This document shows, in pieces, positions 25,515 through 38,262 of a DNA stretch of 64,000 nt. Position numbers and translations under genes: made by a program. Position 1 is the stretch's first letter. Each line of letters begins with the position of its first letter. This DNA is from Lingula anatina (taxonomy: Eukaryota; Animalia; Brachiopoda): positions 11,222,001 through 11,286,000 of the forward strand of contig CM120649.1 in NCBI GenBank assembly GCA_051362555.1. Direction: 5' to 3'. The notes under the pieces were generated by a model. That model saw only the letters and a list, made by a program, of their open reading frames with translations. It did no database searches and was not told the origin of the DNA.

Positions 25515-26645
25515 CTATTCTACTGATCTCTTGTTCAATGGAGCTATATTGATAACCGCCTGTCTGTGGACAAATTTCTGAGGATTATTAAAGCACGGTA
25601 TACGCCTATATACATCACTGATTTCTGGAATACGCAGGCAATATATGACAGGGTCCAGAAGAATGTTCAGCAAATGCAAGTTACCAGCGACAACATGAAC
25701 AATGCTGAAACCAGCAGGGATGGGCGAGGAAACCAAGTCGAATGAGAAATGCACTGTAAAAGCCACGACGCCAGTACTCAAAAGGAAGAAGTCGGTAGCC
25801 CAAAGCATCGCTATAGTTAGACTTGTCTTAAAGGCTTTTTTCGCCTTGCCATTTGACGGGCCTTGTGTGATCTGTTTTCGAGCTTTGTAGAGTAGTAGGG
25901 TTAGCATGACCGTGTTGCCAACAAACGCTATGGCAGTTGTTATACTTCCGGTCCCACTTACGGCTAAATACACTGACTGAGACATCAGCATAGCCAAGCA
26001 ACCATCTTGGGGTTCTTTTATATAGTTGAAGATGATTCCCACGGAGAAGGAGACTGCAGGGATGAGATAAGACACGAAAACGAAAAGAGCCGTTGGTTTC
26101 TTGTTTTTCTTCATGGTAAAATCCAAGGGATGCCATACGGTGGTGAGTTGGTGGTATACGAGCGAGGTAGTGGCAATCAGAGGCAATAGAGTGAAATAAC
26201 TCATCAGACAAACGGTAAACCTCTCAAGGCAAGCCAAGTTTAATAAAGCAACCGGGGTGTTCTCGACAGAACTATGAACAGCACCACCTTCAAAAGATGT
26301 CTTGCTGGTAGCGTTCTCGGTGAGGTTGGTCGCCTCAAGAAAGAAAGAAGCACAGTCGAGTGACTTCTCAGGGTTCTGGGAAGGTGGAATCATCGTCTGA
26401 ATGTAGATACTGACGCATATTGTTACTACCATGCTCACGGCCAGCATTAGGTCTGACACTGCCAAATTCACCAAATTGATTTGAAATGTTGTAAGGGGCC
26501 TTGCCAAGCGCCCCAAGGCTGCCAAAGAAATACTGTTCATCGTTACAGCGACAACAGATATCGCTAGAAGGATCTCTCGAGACGGCGGTAAAAGCACCTG
26601 TTCAAACCGTGTGAAGAAGATCTCTAAATCAGACGAATTCGACAT
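25515..26645 (-). CDS. Class A (rhodopsin-like) orphan GPCR, copy 1
   Basis: Seven hydrophobic segments; TM1 MNS, TM2 NLAVSD, TM3 Cys, TM7 LDPVIY, helix 8 RIPEI. First ATG is at 26645 (MSNSSD); the ORF-track start is a GTG. Confidence 0.9.
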   Translation of the reverse strand: MSNSSDLEIFFTRFEQVLLPPSREILLAISVVAVTMNSISLAALGRLARPLTTFQINLVNLAVSDLMLAVSMVVTICVSIYIQTMIPPSQNPEKSLDCASFFLEATNLTENATSKTSFEGGAVHSSVENTPVALLNLACLERFTVCLMSYFTLLPLIATTSLVYHQLTTVWHPLDFTMKKNKKPTALFVFVSYLIPAVSFSVGIIFNYIKEPQDGCLAMLMSQSVYLAVSGTGSITTAIAFVGNTVMLTLLLYKARKQITQGPSNGKAKKAFKTSLTIAMLWATDFFLLSTGVVAFTVHFSFDLVSSPIPAGFSIVHVVAGNLHLLNILLDPVIYCLRIPEISDVYRRIPCFNNPQKFVHRQAVINIAPLNKRSVE

Positions 26646-28105
26646 TCCGAGTTTGGTAAATGTTAACCATGGAAGTATACCGTACTGAATCACTCTTTAC
26701 AGTGATCTCTCTATATAGAGTTTATTAAGGATACACCAAAAGTAATCATTTATTGACAATGATGAAAAACAGGAACCCACCTTATGCCAAATGCACATTA
26801 ATCTTCTATATATATATGCTGTTTCCTTTGTCACCCGTACGATTTTCCAGATGAGATGTAATTAGTAATAATTCAATGTCATATCTGACGGTAAACTGAA
26901 AATAATAACCAATGACCATCACATCAATCATGGTTACAAGTGCCATCCTACTGTCACAGTTTATGCGTTTTTGTAATCAAGGGCTGTTTGGTGCTAACTG
27001 AAGAAGCCGTCAAGATAATGATCACTATTCGTATATGTTGGTAAATGGCATTCTTCTCTTCCTACTCGAGAATCATTGCTTGGACTTTCCTGCATTTTGG
27101 ATAGAAGTTTTATTCCATTTTCAAACTGATAAAATATCCAGCGTCACTTGTATTTTATGTGCTGTTTTCACGAAACAGCAGATGCTGAAGTTGTGAGAAT
27201 CAGTAGCAAATCCAAGAAACATCATGCCCCTTGATCCAGCAAGGTTGAAGCTGTTTTAATCACTGTTGTGATTGTGCCTCTTATTATTCACATCATCATG
27301 TTAACATCTCTTTTAAAACTGGATTTTTTCCAGATCTCTTCAGAACTATATGTAGTACTGCAATCATTAGACCTATCTTGAAAAAAGTAAATCTTGACTC
27401 CACTTTACACAAAATTATACTGTTTGTTACATCACGACTCCTGAAACCGTCTTTAACAAAAAAGAAAAGCTGTATTTCCGACCCCAGGACCTGGGCGATA
27501 AAAAAATAAACTAATGATAAATGGTACCAAAATGGAATTTATATAGCTAAATGCTCACAAACACAACGAAGCTGTTTTTCCTCATAATTACATAACACTA
27601 AAGTATATCTGTATTACTGAAATCTGTCATTTATTAATGACAAAAAAGTAATTTGATACAAAGTAACAAAAACGAAAGATAATTATACATCCCCCACACT
27701 ATATAACTAACATAATACATAATAACAAAGAAGGATGATGAGTGAAACCAACATTAACTAATATGTGAACTAAAGTTACTAAAATATGTGAACAAAAAAG
27801 CTACTGGAGCAAGAAGTTGGCGCAAATGACAAATAAAGGTCCATACTATATAACTACCATAATACATAATAACTAAGGAAGGATAATGAGTGCAACAATA
27901 ATTAATGGAGATAATGTGATCAACATGCTGGAGCGTAGGCACAAATAAAAAAAATACAGGCACAAAAGTATTATTTCTAAAAGAATGCGTCAAACAATAA
28001 ATAGGATAAAATATGTGAACAACAAAGGCAGCGAAACAAATGAAAAATAAAGATCGCTTGCCCTGTATTGCAAAAATCAATATATATAGAAAAAGCGATG
28101 ACTTA

Positions 28106-28280
28106 AGCCTAGGTCCTAACTATCTAGCTAAGTTCCTTGCGTCCGGCTAGGACGTAGCTAGATCGCACGTAGCGGCTGTTGATCATGTCGAAAAGTTTCA
28201 CACGCGAACTCCCACGTTTTCCCCATTTTTTGGCCGTAGACCACACATAGCAGGCCGTACGTTCGGTTGGGACCTAGGCT
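28106..28280. mobile_element. Short Harbinger/Tourist-like MITE (175 bp)
   Basis: TIRs AGCCTAGGTCCTAAC / GTTGGGACCTAGGCT with TTA at 28103-28105 and 28281-28283. Confidence 0.85.
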
Positions 28281-28954
28281 TTACGCAGGTGATGGGGGAC
28301 AGTGGGGGGTTTCCTTATGAAAAATGAAAGAATAACGAATTAAATGATCTTAAAGTGTAGCTTTTAAAATTGTCCAAGTTTGCCACTAAGGAAAAATGCT
28401 GGTGATCTTCACCGCAGCTAAAAGCTGACTGACTGCACACTGAGCTAGGTCAATAGAAGAAAAAACACAGACAATCACAATTTAAACAAATGAGCGTGCC
28501 TAGACACAGGCTCACTGCCCTGGTCATCTGTTCACACAATGCCCGGTCAACTATTTTATAGGTCAAAATGTGCAGACACTTAAACTACCCCTATAAACTT
28601 ACAGCTTTTTTTACGTAAACACAATTAATTATTTCCTCCCCTAGAACAATATTTGCAAATATTTGTCTGGAAATGAAAAAAAAATATATTGATGTTTTTA
28701 ATTTAATTGGTAAATAACGATAGACACATTTCAAGGTTAACTCCCACAATTACTTTAACACTTGGGATGCCCATTTTTTTCAATTGGTTAAGTGCTTTAA
28801 ATGAGGTGGTTAATGACACTTATAAAGATTTCTTGAGCTATTTTAATTATGTGTACATTATGTAACGATACATTGATTAGGCATCTTCTCGGATACAATA
28901 TCAGCACAAGGGCTCGAATTCTTAGGTTTTCTGTTTTCCTAAAACAGACCGTTT

Positions 28955-29088
28955 AATTCTTAGGGATGGACAAAGAGATTTAAAGTCGAATGAAAGAACA
29001 ATGGTAAACTCCATGACACCGGAGCTGCAGAGTACGAAGACGGTGGCCCACATTGCTATAGTTTGACTTGCCTTGAAGGTCTTTTGGC
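28955..29088 (-). pseudogene. Relic of a sixth GPCR copy (TM6/ECL3 fragment)
   Basis: Minus strand reads KTFKASQTIAMWATVFVLCSSGVMEFTIVLSFDF, matching KTFKTSQTIAMLWGTVFVLWSAGVV..FSFD of the paralogs. It lies between unit-specific non-coding landmarks. Confidence 0.85.
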
Positions 29089-32000
29089 ATTTTTTTAGTA
29101 CGATTTGCTATCTGAGGTATAATTGGCATAATTCAAAGTCATATCTTGACTGATGATAATAACCCCCGTGTCGACTAAGGTTGCAAGCACCTCCTACTGT
29201 CACAGATAAAACATAATAGAGTTAATGTGTCTCCGTCATTATTTATAAGGGGTTATTTGGTGTTAACTGAAGAAGTCGTTATGATAATCACTATTAGTAT
29301 AGGCCCTATATTATATTCGTTCATTTTGCTTAAATGCACTCTGCCAGGGATTGAATCGTCAAATGATTTTTCTAGGAAAATAGCAATTTTCTTCGACTTA
29401 CGAATCATTGTTCGACTCGTTTCTCCATTTAGATACGCTGTTTTTATTCCAATTTTGATTTGATAGTTTAGTACTGAATGACTGGCCAGAACGACATCTC
29501 ATTTCCCTGACCTTCACCGTCCTTGGTTTACTTTTCTCTTGATAACCATAGAAAATGGAGTGGTGATTTGCATTGCGGCCCTGTATCTTGCGTGGTATTT
29601 TTCATTTTGTATATTTTATACATTTTCTTTTATCGTGCCATATTCTTACTTATACTCAAAATTGCATTTCTTTGTTCGATGAAGAAGGCGTAATGCAAGT
29701 GATATTATAAGCAATAAGAGTTTTCAGAACTTCCTCATGTAGTATTTAGTCATAGGATCAATCGAACGATGCTGAGATAATTGAGAACCATAAATGCCGG
29801 GATGGTTTCAAATATTACTGAATTATTTGCTGTGCTGGTTTTACTTGGTGGATAGCGACAAACACAGAGTTGGATTAATTCCGCCACTAAAGGCGAGACA
29901 ATTTGCACGAATTTAACACAGACGTTGCTATCCAAGAAAGTCATTTTTTTCTGCATTGCGCTTTACATACATGCATATTATATATATCTTCACCGCCGTC
30001 ATTCTTTAGGAAAAATGTTGAAATATCTAGGTACGAAATCCCAACGATTAAACTTTATTTGCTTTATGAGCGTTCAATTATCCCCTTAAAAAGGTTGATT
30101 AAAAGAGCAAGCACAATAAAGCAAACTGGAAATAAATAGTTTATATACCTGAGCTTCATAACTTCATACAGATGGAAGCTTTTATTTGTTTGTTTGTTTG
30201 ATGATGATGGTGGCCACTTGCCCCAAAAGTCTTTTGACAAACAAAATACATAGCAACGGAGTTTTAGTTGTCAGGAGGTTAACTCTTTTTAATCACGTCA
30301 GTTAAAGGAACAGGTTGCAATGGAATGCATAACATAAAAAGCGTTGCCTATTCACAAACGTGCTTGAAATTTACTTCCTTCGAACCAAAATAAAGACATC
30401 CAATACATGATTTAGAGTTTGGCGGTTTATACAAAATTGTCATGCGGTTAAAAAGGTGGTTAATAGCGTTTAAATAGTTTTTTATGACCAATATTAATTG
30501 TGAATACGTTATGGAGTAACACAGTGATGACAAATACGATATTAGAAACAGGATTTGAGTTTCAACGCTTTTAATTTATTTATTATTTTTATTCATTTAT
30601 TATTATTTTAGAAATAGATAACATCTTTCCCCAATGTATTGGTGGGTTATAACCGAGTCGTTTGCGTGTGCGATTGCAAAATCACAGAACTATATGAACT
30701 CCCCCAATAACGGAAGGTCACGTAAGGGTATATGTGCATGTAAATAAAACCGCTAAAGCCATCGTGCTGGATTTGCATGGAATCGGGAAGGCGTGAGCAC
30801 AAATTTGGTCGCTAGATGGACCGGGCAATTTACAGTGTGTCTCTTTAACGACAAATCAATCTAAAATTCATAAAGAAAATGAACAATAAATAAACACCAT
30901 AGTTTTTATTGAGTTATTATACATAGAGATAATGGGCTCTATTTGCTCATGCAATATCAAACTCACTTTTTAATACAGTACCACACACTGTTTAGTTATT
31001 GCATGCATGCACAGACCTTCATACGGCATCCATGTGAAAATACTAGAAGTGTGTTGTTTTTGAACCTCACAAGAAAAATGCAATATAGTGCCTACATTAT
31101 ATAATGCCTTTCTTTTCATCATTTAATGTTTTACAAAAAATTGAATCATATCAAAAGTATGGAGTAAAAAAAATTAATTGAAAATAAACTGTGGATTGAC
31201 TATTTCTTGTAATATAAACCATATTCTTTTTGCTAAATACCAAACTCATTTAATAAATACAGAAACTCGAACTAAATAAAACATCTAACCCAACGAATCC
31301 ATACAGAATTGATACGCCAAAAATGCTATATAATGTACAAATATATCCAATACAAACAACTGTACAGTCATATCTATCTAGCCATGCTGAGCGCGTGACA
31401 GTCTTTCTCCTACTTGAAGCTAATTCCTGGAATCGTAACGTAAACAAAACCATTATTATTTGATCTGTTACAACTCTGTAGGCGTAAAGTACTCCGACCC
31501 TTTTGATTTAAGTTGAAGGGGCAACCAAATTGGCCTTCAAATTTGACGTGGTTTTGATTTTTTTTAGTCAGGCAGTCGTTCCACAAAATTTGAAGGGATT
31601 ACCTATCACCCCTCTTAAATTTTCCAACCACACCATTACTACGTGCAGGAGGTGGTAGTTTGAGGGTCTCAGTCTAAATCTTTTTACCAAAAATGAGTTT
31701 ACTTATAAGGATATCAACTGTTTCTTTTGGAAGAAAAAGGATTTCCCCATAATTACCAATGGTTTAAGAATCAATTCTTACATTCAAAGTTAGTCCATGT
31801 TGTTTTTCTAAAAAATATTGTTTTTCTAAAAGGAAAAGCCATCTATGAAAGTCCTCGTGGTCCTATGGCAAGCATAGATTCCAGAATAATTGCCATAACC
31901 GCTTACTAAAAGATGACATGGAATATATTACATTTCTATGAGTTGTTTACAATGTATTTTTGATGAAACATGAATCTTACTCGAACACTTGTTATACCTT

Positions 32001-32246
32001 TATATAAGCTTCCAAAACATATGTCTTTAAACTCAAACACTGCTTTTCTGATTTCTTAATGCCCACCCCCACCCCCCTCACAAGCACACAAAGAAGTATT
32101 AAATTTGCTTCCCAAGTGCGCATACCAACCTTCAATACTCAAATTGAAAACAAGTTGAAAAGAGGTGAAAAGAAGAAACACCACAAGCCTATCCCAACTA
32201 TATTTGGAACTCAAGAAATATGAGGTCTTACCAGAAAAACTTAATA

Positions 32247-33425
32247 TTAAAATTCCACACCTTCAAAAGAGCCACACGGGTTTTGAGTGCCTTGAGATTC
32301 TACTGACCTCTTATTCAGTGTAGCTATATCGATGGGAGCCTCCCTGATGTTTCCTTTTTGTGAGTTATAAAAGCGCAGCATACGCGTATATGCTTGTCTG
32401 ACTTCCGGAATACGCAGGCCATATATGATAGGGTCCAGAAGCGGGTTCAGCATATACAAGTAAGTGACAATGACGTGAACAATGCCGAATCTTTCAGGGA
32501 TGCGCAAAGAGATTAAGTCGAATGAGAAATCCATGGTAAAAACCACGACGCCGGCACTCCAAAGGACGAAGACGGTACCCCATAACATCGCTATAGTTTG
32601 GCTTGTCTTGAAGGTATTTTTTGCCATGCCCTTCGATGGACCTTGTGTCATCTGTTTCCGAGCTTTGTAGAGGAGTAAAGCCAGCATAACCGTGTTGCCA
32701 ATGAATGCTGTGGCAGTTACTATACTGCCAGTTCCACTGAGGGCTAAATGCACTGACTGAGACATGAACGTAGCTAAGCAACCATCCTGGGGTCTCTTTA
32801 TACAGTTGTAGATGATTCCCAAGGAGAAGGAGACCGTTGGGATGAGGTAGGACAAGATCACAAAAACCGCCGTTGGTTTCTTGTTGTACTTCCCGGTCAA
32901 GTTCAAGGGATGCCACACAGTGGTGAGTTGGTGGTAGACGAGGGAGGTGGTGGAAATCAACGGCAATAAAGTAAAATAGGCCGTGAGAGTAACCATAAAC
33001 CTCTCAAAGCAAGCCAAGTTTATTAAACCAAATTGGACATTCCCATCGGAATCACGGACGATCGCGTCTTCACCAAATGCCACACTGGTAGCGTTCTCAG
33101 TGAAGTTGGTCGTCTCAAGAAGGACAGTCACACCGTCTTCTGAGTCTCTAGGGTTCTGGGAATGAGGAATCATCACCCGGGTGTGGATGTTGAGGCATAT
33201 TGCTACCGCCATGGTCACTGCAAGCATTAGGTCTGACACTGCCAAATTCACCAAATTGATTTGGAATGTTGTAAGGGGCCTTTTCAAGCGCCCCAAGGCT
33301 GCCAAAGAAACACTGTTCATCGTTACGGCGACAATAGCTAGCGTAAGTAGGATCTCCCGAGACGGCGATGAAAGCGCCTTTGCCGGTCGCGCCATGTAGA
33401 ACTGAAAACCAGTGACATTAAACAT
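32247..33425 (-). CDS. Class A orphan GPCR, copy 2
   Basis: 392-aa ORF with 7 TM segments, NLAVSD, YHQL and LNPLLDPIIYGLRIPEVR. Confidence 0.92.
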   Translation of the reverse strand: MFNVTGFQFYMARPAKALSSPSREILLTLAIVAVTMNSVSLAALGRLKRPLTTFQINLVNLAVSDLMLAVTMAVAICLNIHTRVMIPHSQNPRDSEDGVTVLLETTNFTENATSVAFGEDAIVRDSDGNVQFGLINLACFERFMVTLTAYFTLLPLISTTSLVYHQLTTVWHPLNLTGKYNKKPTAVFVILSYLIPTVSFSLGIIYNCIKRPQDGCLATFMSQSVHLALSGTGSIVTATAFIGNTVMLALLLYKARKQMTQGPSKGMAKNTFKTSQTIAMLWGTVFVLWSAGVVVFTMDFSFDLISLRIPERFGIVHVIVTYLYMLNPLLDPIIYGLRIPEVRQAYTRMLRFYNSQKGNIREAPIDIATLNKRSVESQGTQNPCGSFEGVEF

Positions 33426-34138
33426 TGTGAGGTTGGTCAGTGTCAGCCACGGCGGTATTTCTTACTAAATCACGCCCTACCTTGATGCTCTTATATACAG
33501 ATTTTAGACGATATAACATAAGTTATGATAAAGAAGTTTTTAAAACCAGAAACGCATTCTTACATGTACACCAATTTTATTATTCGTCCTTAAATGATGT
33601 ATCCTTTGTTATCAGTACCATTTGCTACGTGAGGTATAATTGGCATAATTCAAAGTCATATGTAGACTGATGATAAAATAATAACCAATTACCCACGTGT
33701 TGACTAGGGTTGCAAGCTTTTTTCTACTGGCACAGATAAAAGAAACGAGTTTCCTACGAGTTTCCTTCCTAAATTATTAGGGGCTATTGGTGATGACTGT
33801 GGAAGTTGTAAATATAATGATGCCCATCAGAATTTATTGTATTCATTCATTCCGCACAAAAGCATTCTGCATTGGACTTACCCGCTTAAATGATTTCTAG
33901 GAATATGCCCGTTATTACTTACACATGAACCATTAGTCTACCCGTTCTAACATTAATATAAGATTTTTCACTCCGTTTTCAATTTGATAGTTTAATTCTT
34001 AATGACTGGCCAGGAGTTTAGAACAACATCTGCTTTCCCTGACCTTCACCGGGCATGACTTACTTATCACTGCCTAACACTAGAAAATGTTGAAGGGTTT
34101 TGCATTGTCGCTCTGTATCTTGCATGATTGCTATTCTA

Positions 34139-35430
34139 GGGGAGACCGGGGCTAGTTGGACCCTGGGGTAAGTTGGACCCCCGTCAATTTATGAAAAAGT
34201 AACTACGAGGTAAAAAAATTGCCCACATATTACTCTTGCAAAGTGACCGTAGCCTACAATGCTAAGGAAGTGTCGGACGTTAAAAGGTTTTACTTAAGCG
34301 GTGAGTCGAAATAAACGATTTTTGCACCTAAAAGTAAATTTATTTAAGAGATTTAAAAAACTTTTATCATAGGATTTTGATCGAATGTAAGATATGTATA
34401 GGGCATCAAACTAAAGCTCATTGTTTCAAATTTCACAGAGATGTATCATCGTTGCTCATTCTAGCACCATAAATGGCTACCAGCCTTTAAAATAAATAAT
34501 GTGCACCCGGGGCTAGTTGCCCCCCTTGACTCGGGGCAAGTTGGACCCTCATGTTACCCACAAACCTTTGCGCGCAACGCTGTTTGAAATAAACATGTTG
34601 GTGAAATTGACAAAGCTTGCCGGTGTCTATTACCGTCTGGTTGATTTTTTTAATTTTCTCTCTGGTGTCTTTTTGAAAATTTATATTAGAAATATTCTGT
34701 TGATTGTAAGTATTTAAAAGCAAATCCATTGGACTTTCCGTAGAAAACATTTATTTTGCCTTAATTCATTGTAAGGGGATTCCCTTTGTATATATAGTGT
34801 TATATGTGGCCCCAAGGGGATTTTTCACCCCTCCCTAGCTAGAGACCATTGTTGAAACAAACTCAATGGTTTAAAACTGGATTTGTTACTTTCTTTTAAA
34901 AAGAAAATTTATTATTCGTTTTCATTCATTAAAAACCTTCTTTATACCATTATTTATTTATTCTTAATTAATCAAAACACATTTTATTGATAGATATTTT
35001 GGTTCTTGCAACACATACCCCCCCCCCCCCCCAACAACGTGACGTACGGAAACCTCAATAAATCTGCCTCATTTGAACTGTTTATTCATCGAAGACTCTC
35101 AAAAATCAATTGAATAAATTAAACATTTATAAATATGTATTTCAAGGCGTTTACATGGGATATATACTTCATTTTCGTATAGGGGGGCCAACTTGCCCCG
35201 AACCTGGGGCCAACTTGCCCCATGGCGGGGCAAGTTGGACCCCCTGACATCAACTGCGTTTTTTGTCAAATTGTGAGTCACCTGGCATTATATTTGAAAA
35301 ATAATGACGTTGCATACGTTGCTTAGTTCATGGGGCTTACTTTGAAACCGGTTTTGTTACTCTAACCCACTCCTAGTTGGCTCTACAAGGCCAAAAGTGT
35401 CTAACTGGGCCAACTAGCCCCGGTCTCCCC
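34139..35430. mobile_element. Tc1/mariner (pogo-like) non-autonomous DNA transposon, 1292 bp
   Basis: Perfect TIRs GGGGAGACCGGGGCTAGTTGG / CCAACTAGCCCCGGTCTCCCC with TA on both sides. Internal repeats of GGGGCAAGTTG. Absent from the paralogous site near 39240. No transposase ORF. Confidence 0.9.
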
Positions 35431-37107
35431 TATATACATGCAATAAGTATTTTTTTAATTGTGTCAAACTTACTTACACTCTCAATTGCATTTTTTGAAG
35501 AGGTTGGCATGATGCAAGTGATATCTATAATGAGGAGAAGTCTTCAAAGCTTCATACTGTTGAAAATGGTTTTCGTGAAAAAGTGACTTCTTTGCCTAAG
35601 AGTCCTCTAGCTGGTATACCAAAGACATACAGACGGAGTGGTGATGGGGTGTCAGTGGGGTATCTCGTTTCAAAAACGTCGGTTAAATCACAGGCTGCAG
35701 GGAAACTGTACTGTTCTTTAATGATTATCTTTTCTCAGGAGAGCGTTAACTACAAATAAAGTGTTCTTCTTTCGCGCCTGAATAAAAAAACAAATTTGCT
35801 ACTTGAACACTGGCACTTCAAACGAATTTTTAAGTGCTTTAAATGGTATGGTTAATAACATTCAAACAGGTTTCTTGATATATATTGATTTTGTGTACAT
35901 TATGCAACAATGCATTGGTTTGACATTTTGGTACGCTATATCAACACAGGGGTTTGAATTCTTAAGGTTTTTATATTTTCTGAAAAACAGCACCCCTTTC
36001 CCCAACGTATCCGTGGGTTATAAGAGAGCTAGTGGTGTGAGGGATTGCACAGAACAATCTAAAATTTCCTAGAAATATTGGAAGGTCACGACAGAGTGAA
36101 CGTGTTTAAAAAAAAACGCCCTGGATTTGGAATCGGTAAGGCTCGAGGACTGGACCGGCGCCGAGTTGCATAGACGAAATTACATTGTTCCTTTTGCAAA
36201 CAGAAAAATAAACGATAAATCAATCTAAATTTTATATATTGAAAATGAACGTACTATCCATTGTTATATAATACATTCTGTACAGACCTACATACATGCG
36301 ACGTTAATGTGAAAATACGAGATGGCATCGCTTTTGGGCCTCAACAAAATATAATTGCTTTATTGAAAATTATTAATAAACTGAGTATGGATTGTAATTT
36401 TAGACATGTATACTAATAATTGAAACAGAATTTCACACTGAAAATGCTATAGAACGACACACATCACCTTTATTATCACCTTTATTACAAATTTATATTA
36501 AAAAACGTCGTCAACCATTGCCAGCAATCGTAGCTATCAACATTCTGACATCTTTTACTGGAGCTGAAGGTGCGACAGTCCTTACCCCGCTGAAGTCTTC
36601 TTTCTGGAGTTTAATTTCTAAATAAAACCATGAGCATTGGTATGTCCTATTACAACTTTGTAGGCATAGAACTCCGATCATATTGATTTTAGTTGAAAAG
36701 GCCTAAGCAATAGGCTTCCAATCTTTCGTAGGGTTGATAAGAGTTTAAGAGTATTTTTAGGTGGGCAGTCGTTCCTCATTGACGTCAGGACCATAGCCCC
36801 ACCTTCCTCTCCCCATTTTTGGAACACATACAGAAAGCGTTATAGGTTCCATTCTTTTTACACAAACATTGCCGTTTTGAATAAGACTTTAAAATGCATA
36901 TATCTTTAAAATCAAGCACTTTTTTCTGAATGCCCACTCCCAGCACGCAGACATAGGCACGCATCAAATTTGCTAGGTGCCTACTTACAATTACAAACCG
37001 ATAAAAACAGACTTTGTATTTACATGGAGTTGAACAGGCGAACACGTTCAAACCTACTATATTTACTACTCAAGAAATATGAAGTTTTACAACAGAAAAA
37101 GATTATA

Positions 37108-38262
37108 TTAAAATTTCTCTTCTTCACAATTGTCGTTCGGTTTCCGAGTTTCATGAGGTTCTACTGACTTATTACCTGATGTAGCTTTATCGATGGGCAG
37201 CTCGTTGATGTTACATTTTTGTTGGTTTTTGAAGCTCAATATACGGGTATATGCTTGTCTGACTTCGGGAATGCGCACGCCATATATGATAGGGTCCACA
37301 AGCGGATTCAACGTATACAGTTGAACGCTAACGACGTTAACAATGCCGAAACTCTCAGGGATGGATGATGAGATCAAGCTGAATGAGAAAACTATGGTTA
37401 ATGCCACAAGCCCAGCACTCCAGAGAACGAAAAGGGTAGCCCACAACATCGCTATAGTTTGACTTGTCTTGAAGGCCTTTTTCGCCATGTTCTTTGATGG
37501 ACCATTTATTATCTGTTTCCTCGCTTTGTAGAGGAGTAAAGCTAGCATGACCGTGTTGCCAACGAACGCCATGGCTGTTGTTATACTGACAGTTCCACTG
37601 ACGGCTAAATGCATTGGCTGAGACATCAGGGTAGCTAAGCAGCCATCTTGGGATTCCTTCACATAGTTGAAAATAATTCCCAATGAAAACGAGACCGCTG
37701 GGATGAGAAAGGACAAGATCACGAAAACAGCCGTTGGCTTCTTGTTGTACTTCTTCGAAAAATCTAAGGGATGCCACAAAGTGGTGAGTTGGTGGTAGAC
37801 GAGCGAGGTAGTGGCCATCAGCGGTAATAGAGTGAAATAAATTGTGAGAACAACTGTAATCTTCTCAAAGCATGCCACGTTTATTAAACGAAATGAGGCT
37901 TTCTCGTTGGAATTGTGGGCGGTCGCATCTTCTCCAAATGCAGTACTTGTAGCGTTCTCGGTGAGGTTGATTGTCTCATGAACGGCATTAACACCGTCTA
38001 CTGATTCTCCATGGTTCTGGGAAGGTGGTATCATCGTCTGAATGTAGATATTGACGCATATTGCAACTGTCTTGGTCACGGCCAGCATTAGGTCAGAGAC
38101 GGCCAAAATCACCAAATTGATTTGAAATGTTGTAAGGGGCCTTGTCAAGCGCCCCAAGGCTGCCAAAGATATACTGTTCATCGTTACGGCGACAACAGAT
38201 AGCGTAAGAAGGATCTCCCGAGACGGCGATGATAACGGCTTTACCAACGGCGCGATGTCCAT
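37108..38262 (-). CDS. Class A orphan GPCR, copy 3 (ancestral ATG reads ATA; next ATG at 38262)
   Basis: Open 7TM frame with ILAVSD, YHQL and LNPLVDPIIYGVRIPEVR. The ORF-track start at 38283 is a TTG. Confidence 0.85.
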   Translation of the reverse strand: MDIAPLVKPLSSPSREILLTLSVVAVTMNSISLAALGRLTRPLTTFQINLVILAVSDLMLAVTKTVAICVNIYIQTMIPPSQNHGESVDGVNAVHETINLTENATSTAFGEDATAHNSNEKASFRLINVACFEKITVVLTIYFTLLPLMATTSLVYHQLTTLWHPLDFSKKYNKKPTAVFVILSFLIPAVSFSLGIIFNYVKESQDGCLATLMSQPMHLAVSGTVSITTAMAFVGNTVMLALLLYKARKQIINGPSKNMAKKAFKTSQTIAMLWATLFVLWSAGLVALTIVFSFSLISSSIPESFGIVNVVSVQLYTLNPLVDPIIYGVRIPEVRQAYTRILSFKNQQKCNINELPIDKATSGNKSVEPHETRKPNDNCEEEKF

